Shown one piece after another: positions 63,482 to 64,000 of a stretch of 64,000 nucleotides of DNA; position 1 is the first letter of the stretch, and each line of letters opens with the position of its first letter. Below the pieces are notes generated by a model that worked only from the letters and a program-made list of their open reading frames with translations, did no database searches and was not told the origin of the DNA. This DNA is from a virus: IMG/VR virus record IMGVR_UViG_3300037840_000333, positions 1-64,000 of that record, one strand, 5' to 3'. Position numbers and translations under genes: made by a program.

Positions 63482-64000
63482 TCAGACCAGCTCGACGCCC
63501 ATAAGGCAGTTGACGTAGGCCGAGCCAATCGTCAGCGTGCCGGCCGCGCTCTGCTGGACCTCGACGGTGGCGACGTAGGTGCCGGGCGCCAGGGATGCCA
63601 CGCCCTCGGGGTGCATCGGCTGGCCGTCGCCCGCCACCGCGGCGATCTTCTTGTAGACCGACACGCCGACGGGGGTGCCGTTCAGCACTACCTCCGCCGT
63701 CACCGAGGTTCCGGCCGTGGCGTTCGACGTGTCGATGTAGGAGATGTGTGCCCAGCACTTGACTCGCCGGGTCGGGCCCGGGGGGACGACGAACTGGCAC
63801 GTCAGGGTGGGCATCGGGACGGCGTTCGTGCCGGTCGTCGTCTGCGCCGAGCCGAGGACGCGGTAGCCGATGAGCCCTGGCCTCGGGGTCGTCGGGAAGA
63901 TGATGTTGCCGAGCCCGTCGCTCACCGTGTTCAGCGTCACCTGGGCCACGGCGCCGCCGGTCGCCACGTTGCCGCTGCCGACGAGGACGGTGACGCCGGT
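63482..64000 (-). CDS. Virion fibre-like protein (partial; 5' end outside the window)
   Basis: Reading frame open to the window edge; beta-rich. Confidence 0.6.
   Translation of the reverse strand, partial: TGVTVLVGSGNVATGGAVAQVTLNTVSDGLGNIIFPTTPRPGLIGYRVLGSAQTTTGTNAVPMPTLTCQFVVPPGPTRRVKCWAHISYIDTSNATAGTSVTAEVVLNGTPVGVSVYKKIAAVAGDGQPMHPEGVASLAPGTYVATVEVQQSAAGTLTIGSAYVNCLMGVELV

Noticed and set aside
378-63518. Many long plus-strand ORFs (e.g. 378-2219, 45554-47824, 49430-51385) and the Arg-rich minus ORF 34012-37425
   Set aside because: Shadow frames of GC-rich genes with no motifs; the real genes lie in other frames
1-64000. Stop-codon reassignment or a diversity-generating retroelement
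   Set aside because: Genes tile densely under the standard code; no reverse transcriptase or TR/VR repeat pair was seen

Overview
This window is most of a GC-rich (roughly 70% by eye) tailed-phage genome of siphovirus type. The host is probably an actinobacterium (LAxTG sortase signal, actinobacterial-type MerR, DUF1360, cluster-B-like capsid genes). All genes called here are on the minus strand except one HNH gene. Read right to left it holds: virion accessory genes, a GH25 lysin, a portal-MuF fusion, maturation protease, capsid hexamer and pentamer proteins, the tail module (interrupted by a ~4.5 kb accessory island), a lysis cassette, a Gam/SSAP/Rep replication-recombination module, a DNA-modification locus, an accessory early region with a UvrD helicase, a host-surface module, a MerR regulator and a terminase-small-subunit-like gene. 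No terminase large subunit, integrase, DNA polymerase, tRNA or CRISPR array was seen. The strongest finding is the operon at 13256-18084: two paralogous ParB-like proteins, a TET/JBP 2OG-Fe(II) dioxygenase, an aGPT-Pplase2-like amino-acid:DNA transferase, a PLP enzyme and a P-loop kinase. It is predicted to be a fully post-replicative thymine hypermodification pathway. Also notable: five copies of a promoter with a fixed 18-nt spacer, synonymous avoidance of specific hexamers, a sortase-anchored protein, and candidate regulatory RNAs. All family assignments come from motifs recognised by eye; no database search was run.
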